Assembly: GCA_965219455.1 (NCBI GenBank)
Contig: OZ244744.1
Span: 2,848,001 to 2,912,000 of the forward strand
Direction: 5' to 3'
DNA: 64,000 nt
Source: Candidatus Latescibacterota bacterium
GTDB lineage: Bacteria; Latescibacterota; UBA2968; GCA-2709665
Shown here: piece after piece, positions 54,035 through 64,000 of the stretch
Layout: every line of letters starts with the position of its first letter
How positions within the stretch are numbered: the first letter of the stretch is position 1
Notes under the pieces: model-generated
What the model was told of the DNA's origin: nothing
Databases searched by the model: none
The model's input: the letters and a program-made list of their open reading frames with translations, nothing else
Made by a program: the position numbers and the translations under genes

Positions 54035-55135
54035 ATGTCCAGGCAAACCGTATTTGCGCTCGTTATGCTTTCGAGTCTTCCTTGCTGCGGTGGAAGTGTG
54101 CCAACACTTTCAGATTCTACAGACGACCTGACGGGTTTTGAAATCGCCGGACAAATGAAGGAAGCCCGCTACGGGCATTTTTCGGCACTGTTGCAGGACG
54201 GAAGGGTTCTTATCGGGGGAGGCGCCGCGAAGGGCGGATCAGGTGAATCTGCGACGTATCATAAGCGTGCTGAAATTTTCGATCCCGATACCGGAACTTC
54301 AACCCCCACGGGCAGCATCTCGAACCCGCGAATGGGAGACACAGGAATACTGCTGCCTGACGGCAGGGTCGTATTTGCAAGCCCTCTTCAGCATACCCGT
54401 GCAAGGACTTTCCCCGTGGAAATATTCGATCCACGAACCGGCAAATTTACGCCAATTCACTTCAATCCCGCATTCGAAAAAATCTCCAAGTCTATGTTAC
54501 TTTCAAATGGAAAGATTCTTGCATTCGGTCGATCCGGTGTAATCTCGACAATAGATCCTGAAACGGGCGAGTTTGAATTCAAGAACAGGCTGGCGGTCCC
54601 TCGCAGTGCCTATTCGTCGACGCCATTGCGGGATGGTCGCGTCTTGATCACGGGAGGTGTCTATCTTGAAGCCAGCGTGGTCAAGATTTCTCAGATCTAC
54701 GATCCGTCGTCCAACGATTTTACTGAGACCGGGGGGCTGATGCACGAACGGTTCCGACATCTGGCGCTGTTGCTTCAGGACGGTAGCGTGTTGATTGCAG
54801 GTGGCCGGAAGGGCAATCCGGCTTCTTCGGAGCCTGTTACTGGCGCCGAGCGATTCGATCCGACGACCAAGGCATTTTCAGAGGCAGGGAGCCCAGGCAG
54901 TGAACAAGCCTGGTCCGGACGTGTGTTACAAACAGGGAAGGTGTTCTTAATCCTCCGCAACGGCGACGTGGTGCTCTACGAACCGGAAAACGGGACATTT
55001 CATCCCACAGGCGACAGCATAGGGCGAGACTACAAGCTGTACACTCTGACGCTTCTTCGTGACGGCCGGGTGCTGGTTATTGGAGGAGAAAAGAACGGCG
55101 CGGCGACGGACCAGATCCTGGCATACAGACCTTAA
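54035..55135 (+). CDS. Kelch/galactose-oxidase-type beta-propeller, probable lipoprotein
   Basis: Repeated L.DGRVLI.GG and EIFDP.TG; hydrophobic leader ending in Cys. Confidence 0.87.
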   Translation: MSRQTVFALVMLSSLPCCGGSVPTLSDSTDDLTGFEIAGQMKEARYGHFSALLQDGRVLIGGGAAKGGSGESATYHKRAEIFDPDTGTSTPTGSISNPRMGDTGILLPDGRVVFASPLQHTRARTFPVEIFDPRTGKFTPIHFNPAFEKISKSMLLSNGKILAFGRSGVISTIDPETGEFEFKNRLAVPRSAYSSTPLRDGRVLITGGVYLEASVVKISQIYDPSSNDFTETGGLMHERFRHLALLLQDGSVLIAGGRKGNPASSEPVTGAERFDPTTKAFSEAGSPGSEQAWSGRVLQTGKVFLILRNGDVVLYEPENGTFHPTGDSIGRDYKLYTLTLLRDGRVLVIGGEKNGAATDQILAYRP

Positions 55136-55528
55136 GCCGTCGTCGCGGCGGAATGCATCCTATACGATCACATTCAGAGACACACACGGCAGGGCGGGTA
55201 ACATCTTTCGGGTGCCCAGGCGAAGGAAGGCAAACGCGAAGAACTCTCCGTCACACGTGCGCCCGCACTCTGAGGAAGCCGTCCGGCTGACGAAGCATCT
55301 CCTGATCGCGTGGGATGATGCCCGTGCGTCTGTCACGATCCTCGGCCTGCCAGGCAGCACATCCGTCCCCTGGACGGTGATTGACAATGATTAACGCGAT
55401 TGACTGTGATTAAACCGCATGAAGAGACTGTAAGTGATGTGATTTTGGGATTGACCTGGAGGGATTGATGGCGATAAGTAGAGATTAGATATCCATCGCT
55501 CGGCTGAATCCACGGATAAGCGCCTGTA

Positions 55529-55692
55529 CCCTGAGCCGCTCCCTGAGCTTGAGGTCCCTGAGCTCGTCGAAGGGTCGAAGGGTCGGCGAAGGGTAGCCGA
55601 AACACGGACGCTTCGACAAGCTTGCTTCGACGGGCTCAGCACAGGCAATGACCACGTTTCGGTAGGCGCTTTTCGACTGCGCTCAGAATGAC
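55529..55692. repeat. Cluster of CCCTGAGC..GTCGAAGGG / CTTCGAC..GCTCAG palindromic repeats
   Basis: Three nested units at 55529-55593; same family at 13981-14022 and 23599-23618. Confidence 0.78.
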
Positions 55693-56297
55693 AGGGCGGT
55701 CGATCATCAGGCCGGTGAGATCTCTTCGACGATCCCCGTCGCGGCAGGCAGGCCGCAAGTAAGACTCTAATCTCCTGTGCTCGGCATTCTCAATGTGTAC
55801 GTTCTGTTGAGCCACTCTATCTGAAGGTCGTTGTCAGCCCGGACTATCCCAGGCTGCTTCTGGATCGTTCCTACCGGTCATCCGCCGTTTTTTACTCGTC
55901 CTTCGAAGTCTGCCTCGTCTCCTGCCTGACGTTGCAAGGCAATTTCGGCACTCCAGCCGCCTTTCGCAGGCAATCGTATCCTCCCACCCATACGCGTTTC
56001 CATCAAACTAAATTCCGAAATAGATTCAAACTCACATCGGTAGGTCATTTTGTACCGAAAACGGCAAAAAGACCTGCTGCTCTGGTATATCCTCAGTCGC
56101 ATTTCAGATTTATTGAACCCGCCCGGCCCGGCCCGTGTCTTTTGTACCGGCAGAGGCGAATGTTGGTATCCGGTTTCGGAGCATTGGTAAATCGGAGACG
56201 CCCTCTGTTCCGAAACAGGTGCAGTTGGTGTCGTTTCGCGCACAGGATATCCAAACGCATGTGCTGTTTTTGTGCGATTCAGCCGGGAGGGTTCAAT

Positions 56298-58775
56298 ATG
56301 AATTGGTTCAAGCTCTGCACGATTATCGTGACCGCGATTTTTTTCTCTTTAGGCGAAAGTTCGGCCAGAGGACTTTCTGTACAGGATATCTCACGGGTCG
56401 ATAGCTCTTATACAACCGGGATGGCCTATCTCGAAACAGGGGAACACGAGAATGCCGAACGGTGGTTTCGGGCGGCGTTAGATATCAACCCGAAACATGC
56501 ACCCTCTTACGTGGGGTTGGGTCATGTACACCTGAAAGCGGGAAACCTGAAGGAGGCTGAGAAAGCATTTCGTCAGGCTCTACGAAAGCGGAAGAACTAC
56601 GCGCCTGCCCTGAACGGGTTGGGCCTGGTGTTTCGAAAAACCGAGAAGATGCTGGATTGGGCAATCAAGTATTTTCGAAGTGCGTACCAGGCTGATCGCG
56701 GTTACGTGGAAGCGTACTATAATCTCGCGCAGACGTATCGTGAGATTGGCGATACGAAGGAACTGGATACGTACAAGAAACTGGTTAAGGTGGACCCGCA
56801 TCATTCGGATGCCTGGTTCCAGATTGGAAGGATCTACAAGGGTGGAAAAGCGGGTCGGTATCGAAATGCTCGAAAGGCGGAGGAAGCGTACCGGCGGCAA
56901 CTCGAGGTGAATCCACAACATTTCGGAGCACGGACGTATCTTGGCCAGGTGTTGAAGGAATCCGGACGGACGGATGAAGCGTTGGCAATGCTCAAAGCCG
57001 TTGTGGATACGCCGAATGCCCATCAGCGGCGCGCTTTTCTGGAACTGGCGGAGGTGTATCAGCGTGCCCGCGACCACGATGTGTCGGAAGTACTTCTGGA
57101 TGCTTTCCTGGAAGGTCTGTCACCCAATGAGCAGGCTGCATACTATGATTTGAGCCTGGTGGCGATTGGAGACGAACTGGCCCGTTTTCAGGAGGCGCCC
57201 GATGCGGAGCTTATGGCACTATCTGAAGCCTTCTGGGCGGGTAGAGACCCGGCGCCAGTGACGGCAGCCAACGAACGGTGGATCGAGCATTGCCGCCGGG
57301 TGGCGTACGCACGCGAGAATTTCGGCAGATTCGAATTTCCGTGGGATGCGCGCGGGGAGGTCTATGTGCGGTTTGGGGAGCCGGATCACATAAGTCGGTC
57401 GGATAACATCCTGTTTGAGACGGAACCGAGGGTCGTCGCCGTGAAAGAGAGGCTGATGAACCAGGCGCGTAATGCGGTCGGATCTCTGTTGCAGGCTCGC
57501 GAGGGCTGGGCAACTGCAAAGACAGCCAGCGACGCTATTGGCCCGATGAGTTCTACACTCAGAGAAATTGGGGCAACCGGCCACTACCGAAGTGCTCAGA
57601 GCGAGAGCGGCGTTGAACGATCCGAAGGTGCGAGCATGACGACCTCGGTCGACGAGGCTTACGCGCGTTCCGGGGCATTGATGGGCAAAGGTACGATCCG
57701 GGGTTGGCCGATCTATCCGGTTCTGGATAAAGTCTGGGAATACTGGATATATTCCGATGTAGGACGAGGGATCGAAGTCACCTTCACCCAGCCATATTTT
57801 CCGGGTCCCTACAAATACGCAGACCCGCCGTTGTCTATCGGAGAACCCAACCCCATTATTGCCCAGTTGTGGCAACGAACAAATCCCAGGGTTGTGGTGA
57901 ACTGGGCAGCCGCCAAAACGCCTTCGGTCTATCGTCCGGATTTCGCCACGGCCCCACTGGAGTTCTTCTATGATTCGGCCAGATTCAAAGGAATGGACGG
58001 CGCTGTGATGTTGGAGATTTACTATGGTATTCCTGTTAAAGATCTTTCGTTTAGAACTGGTGAGGACGGCAAGGCTACGGCATTCCTGAAGCGTGGATTT
58101 GCGCTTTTCGATGAGGACGGCCGTCGTGTTCACCGATCCGCTGAAGATATGGAGCTTTATTCCGAGGGGCCCCTGGATACGACGCAGGTTGCCTTTGTGC
58201 CGGCAATGGATCGGGTGTCGATGGCGCCGGGAAAATATCGAATGGCCTTGCAGATCCTGGATCAAACGTCGGAAAAATCCCAGGTCTACAACCAACAGAC
58301 ACTGATGAATTCGTTTGAAGGTGAGACCTTGATGGTGAGTGATATCCAGCTGGCCGCGTCAATCAGGCCGCAGGGCGGCGGCGAGTTTGGAAAGCGCGAT
58401 ATCCAGGTAATCCCAAATCCGAGTCGGGTGTTTCTGTCGAGTCAGTCGGTGTTCATATATTATGAAATCTACAATTTGAAGCGGGATGAATACGGAACAA
58501 CCAGGTACAACGTCTCCTATGAAATACGCGGAGTGGAAAAGAGGCCCGTCAGGGTAGATGTACTTGCGGCTTTAGGGAAACTTCTGGGAATGCGTGATGA
58601 GGGAGAGGTGATTAGTATCGAGTATGAACATGTCGGTAGTCAGGTGGATGATTATGGATATCTCGAACTGGATATGTCTAACACCGAGCCGGGAAAACAG
58701 ACATTGGTGGTTCAAGTGACGGATGAGAATAGCGGCCAAAAGGCCGCGTCTACTGCGTCGTTTTCGATCCAATGA
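56298..58775 (+). CDS. TPR-GWxTD protein, subtype A
   Basis: N-terminus nearly identical to 38320..40803; PWDARGEVYVRFGEP. Confidence 0.88.
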   Translation: MNWFKLCTIIVTAIFFSLGESSARGLSVQDISRVDSSYTTGMAYLETGEHENAERWFRAALDINPKHAPSYVGLGHVHLKAGNLKEAEKAFRQALRKRKNYAPALNGLGLVFRKTEKMLDWAIKYFRSAYQADRGYVEAYYNLAQTYREIGDTKELDTYKKLVKVDPHHSDAWFQIGRIYKGGKAGRYRNARKAEEAYRRQLEVNPQHFGARTYLGQVLKESGRTDEALAMLKAVVDTPNAHQRRAFLELAEVYQRARDHDVSEVLLDAFLEGLSPNEQAAYYDLSLVAIGDELARFQEAPDAELMALSEAFWAGRDPAPVTAANERWIEHCRRVAYARENFGRFEFPWDARGEVYVRFGEPDHISRSDNILFETEPRVVAVKERLMNQARNAVGSLLQAREGWATAKTASDAIGPMSSTLREIGATGHYRSAQSESGVERSEGASMTTSVDEAYARSGALMGKGTIRGWPIYPVLDKVWEYWIYSDVGRGIEVTFTQPYFPGPYKYADPPLSIGEPNPIIAQLWQRTNPRVVVNWAAAKTPSVYRPDFATAPLEFFYDSARFKGMDGAVMLEIYYGIPVKDLSFRTGEDGKATAFLKRGFALFDEDGRRVHRSAEDMELYSEGPLDTTQVAFVPAMDRVSMAPGKYRMALQILDQTSEKSQVYNQQTLMNSFEGETLMVSDIQLAASIRPQGGGEFGKRDIQVIPNPSRVFLSSQSVFIYYEIYNLKRDEYGTTRYNVSYEIRGVEKRPVRVDVLAALGKLLGMRDEGEVISIEYEHVGSQVDDYGYLELDMSNTEPGKQTLVVQVTDENSGQKAASTASFSIQ

Positions 58776-58818
58776 AATGCTGTGTCTGGTTTTCTACCTG
58801 GTTCGAAGGGGCCGATAT

Positions 58819-61261
58819 ATGAATCCAGTAACGATGAAGCTGCCCGTTATCCTGACCGTCATTGTCCTGGCGACCACCAAAGCACCGGTGGGCGCTTTGT
58901 CCCAGGAGGACGCTGACAGAGTTGATCTACTGTACCAAAAGGGAACACAACTGGCAGAACGAGATTCACTGGCCGCCGCCGCCGCGCAGTTTCGGTCGGC
59001 GCTGAAGATCAATCCAAAGCATGCCCCCTCGTACGTCGAGTTGGGCCATGTCCACCTGAAAGCGGGAAATCTGAAGCAGGCTGAGAAAGCCTTCCGAAAA
59101 GCTTTGCGCAAGGACAAGGATTATGCACCCGCCTTGAACGGATTGGGTTTAGTTTTTCGGAATACGGACAAAATGCTGGATTGGGCAATCAAGTATTTTC
59201 GAAGTGCCTACCAGGCTGATCGCGGTTACGTGGAAGCCTACTATAATCTCGCGCAAACGTATCGTGAGATTGGCGATACGAAGGAACTGGATACGTACAA
59301 GAAACTGGTTAAGGTGGACCCGGATCATTCGGACGCCTGGTTCCAGATTGGTAGGATCTATACGCACGGGGAGGCCGGACGTTACCGGAATGCTCGAAAG
59401 GCGGAGGCGGCGTACCGGCGGCAACTCGAAGTGAATCCACAACATTTCGGAGCACGGACGTATCTCGGGCAGATAATGAAAGAATCCGGACGGACGGATG
59501 AAGCGTTGGATATGCTCAAAACCGTTGTAGGTACGCCGAATGCGTATCAGCGGCGCGCACTTCTGGAACTGGCGGAGGTGCATCAGACCGCCAGGGATCA
59601 CGATCTCGCGGACGCGCCTTTGCACGCGTACGTGGAGGGCCTGGAACCTGAGGAACAGGCGGTGTATTATGATTTGAGCCTGGTGGCGACCGCAGAGGAA
59701 CTGATAGGTTTTCAGGAGGCGACCGAGGAGGAGCGCAAGGCGTTATCTGAGGCGTTCTGGGCGGGGCGGGACCCTGCCCCAGCGACTGTGGCCAACGAAC
59801 GGTGGATCGAGCACTGTCGCCGTGTGGCGTATGCGCGTGAGCACTTCGGCGGGCACGAGTTCCCCTGGGACGCGCGTGGAGAGGTATATGTGCGCTATGG
59901 AAAGCCCGATCACATCAGTGCGTCCGAAGACATACGATTCGAGACGCATCCAGGGGTTCTGGCTGTGAAGGACCGATTGATGAACCAGGCGGGTGAAGCC
60001 TTGCCACACCTTCTATTGAGTAGGCGTATGATTAACTTTTATGGCTCTGGGAAAGAAAAGGGCATGGATGACGAGCAGACGTTATCCACGATTTTGGGTT
60101 ATCCGGTATACCCTGTGCGAGGCGTTTGGGAATACTGGATTTACACGAATGTCGGTCGCGGCGTGGAAGTGACGTTCGTACAGGAATACACGCCAGGCCC
60201 TTACAAGTACGCGGAGATGCCGCATGCGGGCGCCGATGTCTGGGTGGATGAGATCACAGGCCGAAATCCCGTTAAGAACCGGGCACTTCCCACCCACGAC
60301 GAACTCGGGGGTGACAAGCCTCGGACTGATATTCAGTTCAGGTCGAATTTGACCTGGCAACATTTGAACCCCGGTTTGGTGATGCATCGCGTGGCGCGCA
60401 AGACCCCGGAGATCTATGTGCAGGATTTCGCCACGGCCCCCCTCGATTTCTACTATGACTCGGCCCGATTCAAGGCAGACGACCGTTCGGTCAATCTGGA
60501 GGTCTATTACGGTATTCCCACGCGGGACCTGAACTACGTAAAGGGAGCGGACGGAAGGCTGACAGCATATTTAAAGCGTGGCGTGGCGCTGTACGACGAG
60601 GACAACAAGCCGGTGTATCGGTCGAGTGAGGAAATGGAGCCTATACACGTCGGGACCGGTGGATACCACGCAGATCGCATTTGTGCCGGAGATGGACCGT
60701 CTCTCTGCGGCGCCCGGTACCTATAGGCTTTCGGTGCAAATTCTGGACACGTCGTCGGATAAGTCCCAGGTTTACAACCGCGAGGTGGTTCTCTCTCCAT
60801 TTGGTGACGACTCACTGAGGATTAGTGATATCGAAATGGCGGCAATGATCCGTCCCAGCCGGGGCAGCAAATTCACGAAAGGGAAGATCGAGGTGGTGCC
60901 TAATCCGAGTCTGTTCTATATGCCTGGGCAGCCGGTGTTCGTTTACTACGAATTGTATAATCTGGTGAAGGATGAATACGGTGCGACAAAGTACCGGGTA
61001 TCATACGAACTGCATTCGTTGCATAGGGGGAATATAGCGGTCAGGACGTTGAATGCGCTTGGGAGGTTGGTCGGAATCGATAAAAAGGCGGAGGTTGTGA
61101 CCGTGGAATATGCGCACGAAGGCGACAGATCCGACGAGTACGGATACCTGGAACTGGATATGTCGAATACGGATCCGGGGCACCAGTTGTTGATTGTCAA
61201 GGTATCGGATGAGATTGCAGATAGCCGCGCAACGTCGGCGGTATCGTTTGCTATTCGATAG
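58819..61261 (+). pseudogene. TPR-GWxTD protein, subtype A, with a single +1 frameshift at ~60640 (real or sequencing error)
   Basis: ORFs 58723..60726 and 60578..61261 join as EEME-LYTSGPVDTTQ if one C of GAGCCTA is removed, matching paralog EDMELYSEGPLDTTQ. Confidence 0.82.
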
Positions 61262-61578
61262 CCTCTTTTATTCAAATACCCAAACTTACATGGATAGACA
61301 GGATGGACAGGATAAAAACCAAAAGAAGGACAAATACTCACTTTTCCGGGCCAAAGCGATGAATCCTCACCTCCTTAGACCCGCGCAACATCACACTGAC
61401 CAATCAGATTGCGCATTTCTTTAGATGCTGTCGTACAAGACTTCGCTAAATTTATCGAATACAACTGGTTATACAACACAACCACCTGTCTTCGTGAACA
61501 ATTCACCATAGGAATATTTTGGCAGTGGAAGGGAAGATATTTCGGTTGGCTGATCGAGGTATAATACGGCGATACTCC

Positions 61579-64000
61579 ATGTACGGATCGCTGTTGACCG
61601 GAACATCGTCGGGGGATTGGGGCAATCCAGTTACTGTGGTCAACAACTTGCGAAGAAGCCGCACAAGGTTGACTTCAATGGCTTCTGCCTTCCTATGTCT
61701 CGGATTCTTTCTCGTGGCGCCGATTGCCGCCGGCAAGAAGCACGTTGCCGATAGGATCTATGAGACGGCGATGGAGCGGATTGAAAGTGTTACAGTTGCG
61801 GATAGTATAAGGGCCTTCCGGCGAGTATTGAAGGCAGACCGGAACTACGCGCCGGCCCATTACGAAATCGCGAAGCTGTATCTGTCCCTTGACACGCCTA
61901 TGGATCGAGAAAGCGCAATGAAGGCGGTCAAAGAGGCCATTCTCCTGGATCGAGACAATGTGAGCTATCGACTGATGAAGGCGGATATCTTGTGGGCGCA
62001 GGGATCCTGGTACAATGCGGTAAACGAGTACAAGAAAGTGCTGAAGCTCGATCCCAAAAACGCAAAGGCGGCCTACATGATCGGGCACCATGGAATCAAG
62101 AACTTCATGAAATATAACGATAAGTTCATGATGAACGGGATATCGGGATTCAGCAGGAGAGAACATACACGAACCAGACACTCGTGGAGCTTTTTTGGCA
62201 TCGAGGAACTGGATGAAGCCGTCAGGTACCTGAAGGCGTGTATCGAGGCGGACCCTCAGTTCAAGGATGCGTACTTTCAACTGGGGCTCGCCTGCTATGA
62301 AGCAAATCGGCCTGACGAATTGATACGGGTGGCAAACCTGCTGATAAAGCGCGTCCCTGAGGACAAGGATGCGCTGCTCTTCTGCGGACTCGGATATCAG
62401 GCTTTAGGCGACGAAACATCGGCGCATGGATTCTATACGCGGGCGCTTCAGAGAATGGCGCCGGCTGAGCGGGCAATGATGGAATCGGTAGAGGCAATTA
62501 TGCCGGACGTGGAGCGTGCGAAGCTGGACGACCTTCCTCGTGAACCGGAGGCTGTCGGAGGCACGGATCAACCCTGGGTAGATAGTGTCGAGCGAGTTCG
62601 GTTCTGGCGGCGCAAGGATCCCCTGTTTCTGACGGAATTCAACGAACGCCGCATGGAGCATTACGGCCGGGTCGCTTATGCAAATTTAAGGTTCAGCCGA
62701 CCCTCGAAGGGCATTGAGGGCTGGAGGACGGATATGGGCAAAGCCTATATCAAACTGGGACGTTATCTCGACCGACGGATGCAACGGCCGACAATATTAT
62801 CGACCATCCCGATAGACAAGCCCAGCACCTTCGGAAGATCTCTGCCAGGAGGGAGGATACCATGGAATCTGACGATGCAGAAGGAGACATGGTTTTATGA
62901 GGGATTTCGGGTTGATTTTCAGATATCGGATGGATTCCACGGCTTCTCTCCAACTCGTTTGCCGGATCGACCGCGGTATGTCGATCCCTATGGTCGGAAG
63001 AAATACAGCGTGCCACAACAGGTCGCAAGCTTCAAGGACGGGGACAGTCTCCGCGTGGAACTGGCGTATGCGCTGCCCAAATACAATGTGACCGTATCTG
63101 ATTCGGACAAGAGCATTGCCCTGGAGAACGGCGTATTCCTGTTCAACGAGCACTGGGACGAGGTGTATCGGAAGACGTCGGATCTCAAACTGAGGTGGCC
63201 AGATATAACGCCCAGCGGATATCCTGTTGTGGACAGATTGCGGAATAGTCATCTGGTGTTTCAACTCGCGTTCGGGCTTTCCCCCGGCGCCTACCATCTG
63301 GTGGGCGAGGTGCGGGACCGGAAGCAGGGATCAATCGGGACGTTTCGGCAGCACCGTGAATTCGCGGCGATGGATTCTTCGCTGTCGATGAGCGATCTGT
63401 TGCTGGCCGCGCGGATTGAAACCCTGACGCCATTTCCGGAGGGTCGGTCGGATCTGGACATTGTGGCGAATCCGCTGAGGACCTACCATCGGTCCGAACC
63501 CGCGTTCATCTACCTGGAAGTGTATAACCTGGAGCGGGACGAATTCGGACGCACGGAGTACGAGATCGCGTATCGGATCGGCCGCCCGGAGCAGAAGAAG
63601 ATCGATCCGCACCTGTTCGTGGCGCAACGGTTGCCCGAAGGGGGTAAGCAATTGGAGGTGACTCGCAAGCAAGGGAGACGGGCCCGGGAAATGGGCCGGC
63701 GAGCACGGCTGCCGGCAGATGATGATGAGGATTCGACGGGCGTCCTCAATACCAGCCGAGACGTGAGCCCAGACCTTTTCGAACGTGGACGAGAAGAGGT
63801 GGTTACGTACCGGGTGAGGTATGTGTTTCCGAATGAGGATGAACTTGCCAGCCGGATCAAGAAGATGGGCAAGAACAAAGACGGGGTGGAGACGACGATC
63901 ACGGCGCGGTATGAGGGGGACCGCGAGGATGATTTCACGTATCTGCAGATCGACCTGAGTCACGTGCCTGCCGGCGTGCACCGCCTATCGGTGCGGGTCA
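61579..64000 (+). CDS. TPR-GWxTD protein, subtype B (runs off window end)
   Basis: Reading frame homologous to 43523..45949 (MASAFLCLGFFLVAPIAAG at 61678; GWRTDMGKAYIKLG); missing from the ORF track because no stop in window; start uncertain. Confidence 0.85.
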   Translation, partial: MYGSLLTGTSSGDWGNPVTVVNNLRRSRTRLTSMASAFLCLGFFLVAPIAAGKKHVADRIYETAMERIESVTVADSIRAFRRVLKADRNYAPAHYEIAKLYLSLDTPMDRESAMKAVKEAILLDRDNVSYRLMKADILWAQGSWYNAVNEYKKVLKLDPKNAKAAYMIGHHGIKNFMKYNDKFMMNGISGFSRREHTRTRHSWSFFGIEELDEAVRYLKACIEADPQFKDAYFQLGLACYEANRPDELIRVANLLIKRVPEDKDALLFCGLGYQALGDETSAHGFYTRALQRMAPAERAMMESVEAIMPDVERAKLDDLPREPEAVGGTDQPWVDSVERVRFWRRKDPLFLTEFNERRMEHYGRVAYANLRFSRPSKGIEGWRTDMGKAYIKLGRYLDRRMQRPTILSTIPIDKPSTFGRSLPGGRIPWNLTMQKETWFYEGFRVDFQISDGFHGFSPTRLPDRPRYVDPYGRKKYSVPQQVASFKDGDSLRVELAYALPKYNVTVSDSDKSIALENGVFLFNEHWDEVYRKTSDLKLRWPDITPSGYPVVDRLRNSHLVFQLAFGLSPGAYHLVGEVRDRKQGSIGTFRQHREFAAMDSSLSMSDLLLAARIETLTPFPEGRSDLDIVANPLRTYHRSEPAFIYLEVYNLERDEFGRTEYEIAYRIGRPEQKKIDPHLFVAQRLPEGGKQLEVTRKQGRRAREMGRRARLPADDDEDSTGVLNTSRDVSPDLFERGREEVVTYRVRYVFPNEDELASRIKKMGKNKDGVETTITARYEGDREDDFTYLQIDLSHVPAGVHRLSVRV

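Noticed and set aside
61447-61492. Fourth copy of the ATTTATTGAAC-N16-GTGTC motif
   Set aside because: Only AAATTTATCGAAT resembles the first box; the second box is absent at the right spacing

Overview
GC-rich bacterial window. The EF-hand/dockerin-like + FGE proteins, GWxTD/TPR expansion, Kelch protein and sulfatase suggest a Latescibacterota/Gemmatimonadota-like, possibly host-associated organism; this is inference only. Left third: 3' end of a group II intron with a frameshifted RT/maturase, housekeeping and metabolic genes (Gfo/Idh/MocA oxidoreductase, sulfatase, EamA, geranylgeranyl-reductase family, lpxH, glpK, ilvD), a lone GWxTD gene and many intergenic repeats. Middle: an ORF-less group II intron whose putative EBS1 loop is complementary to the genome's dispersed heptamer repeat, two complete tandem tmRNA genes plus a third 3' fragment with different cargo after each, and an AbiEi/AbiEii-WYL toxin-antitoxin pair. 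Right half: a giant Ser/Thr kinase-ATPase-TPR-GAF-sigma54 activator, palindromic UAS-like sites and a near-consensus sigma54 promoter. These precede a co-directional array of more than 25 kb with 7 TPR-GWxTD paralogs of two subtypes, 3 non-catalytic FGE/C-type-lectin-fold paralogs and a Kelch protein, with mosaic paralog sequences and a shared promoter-like motif.
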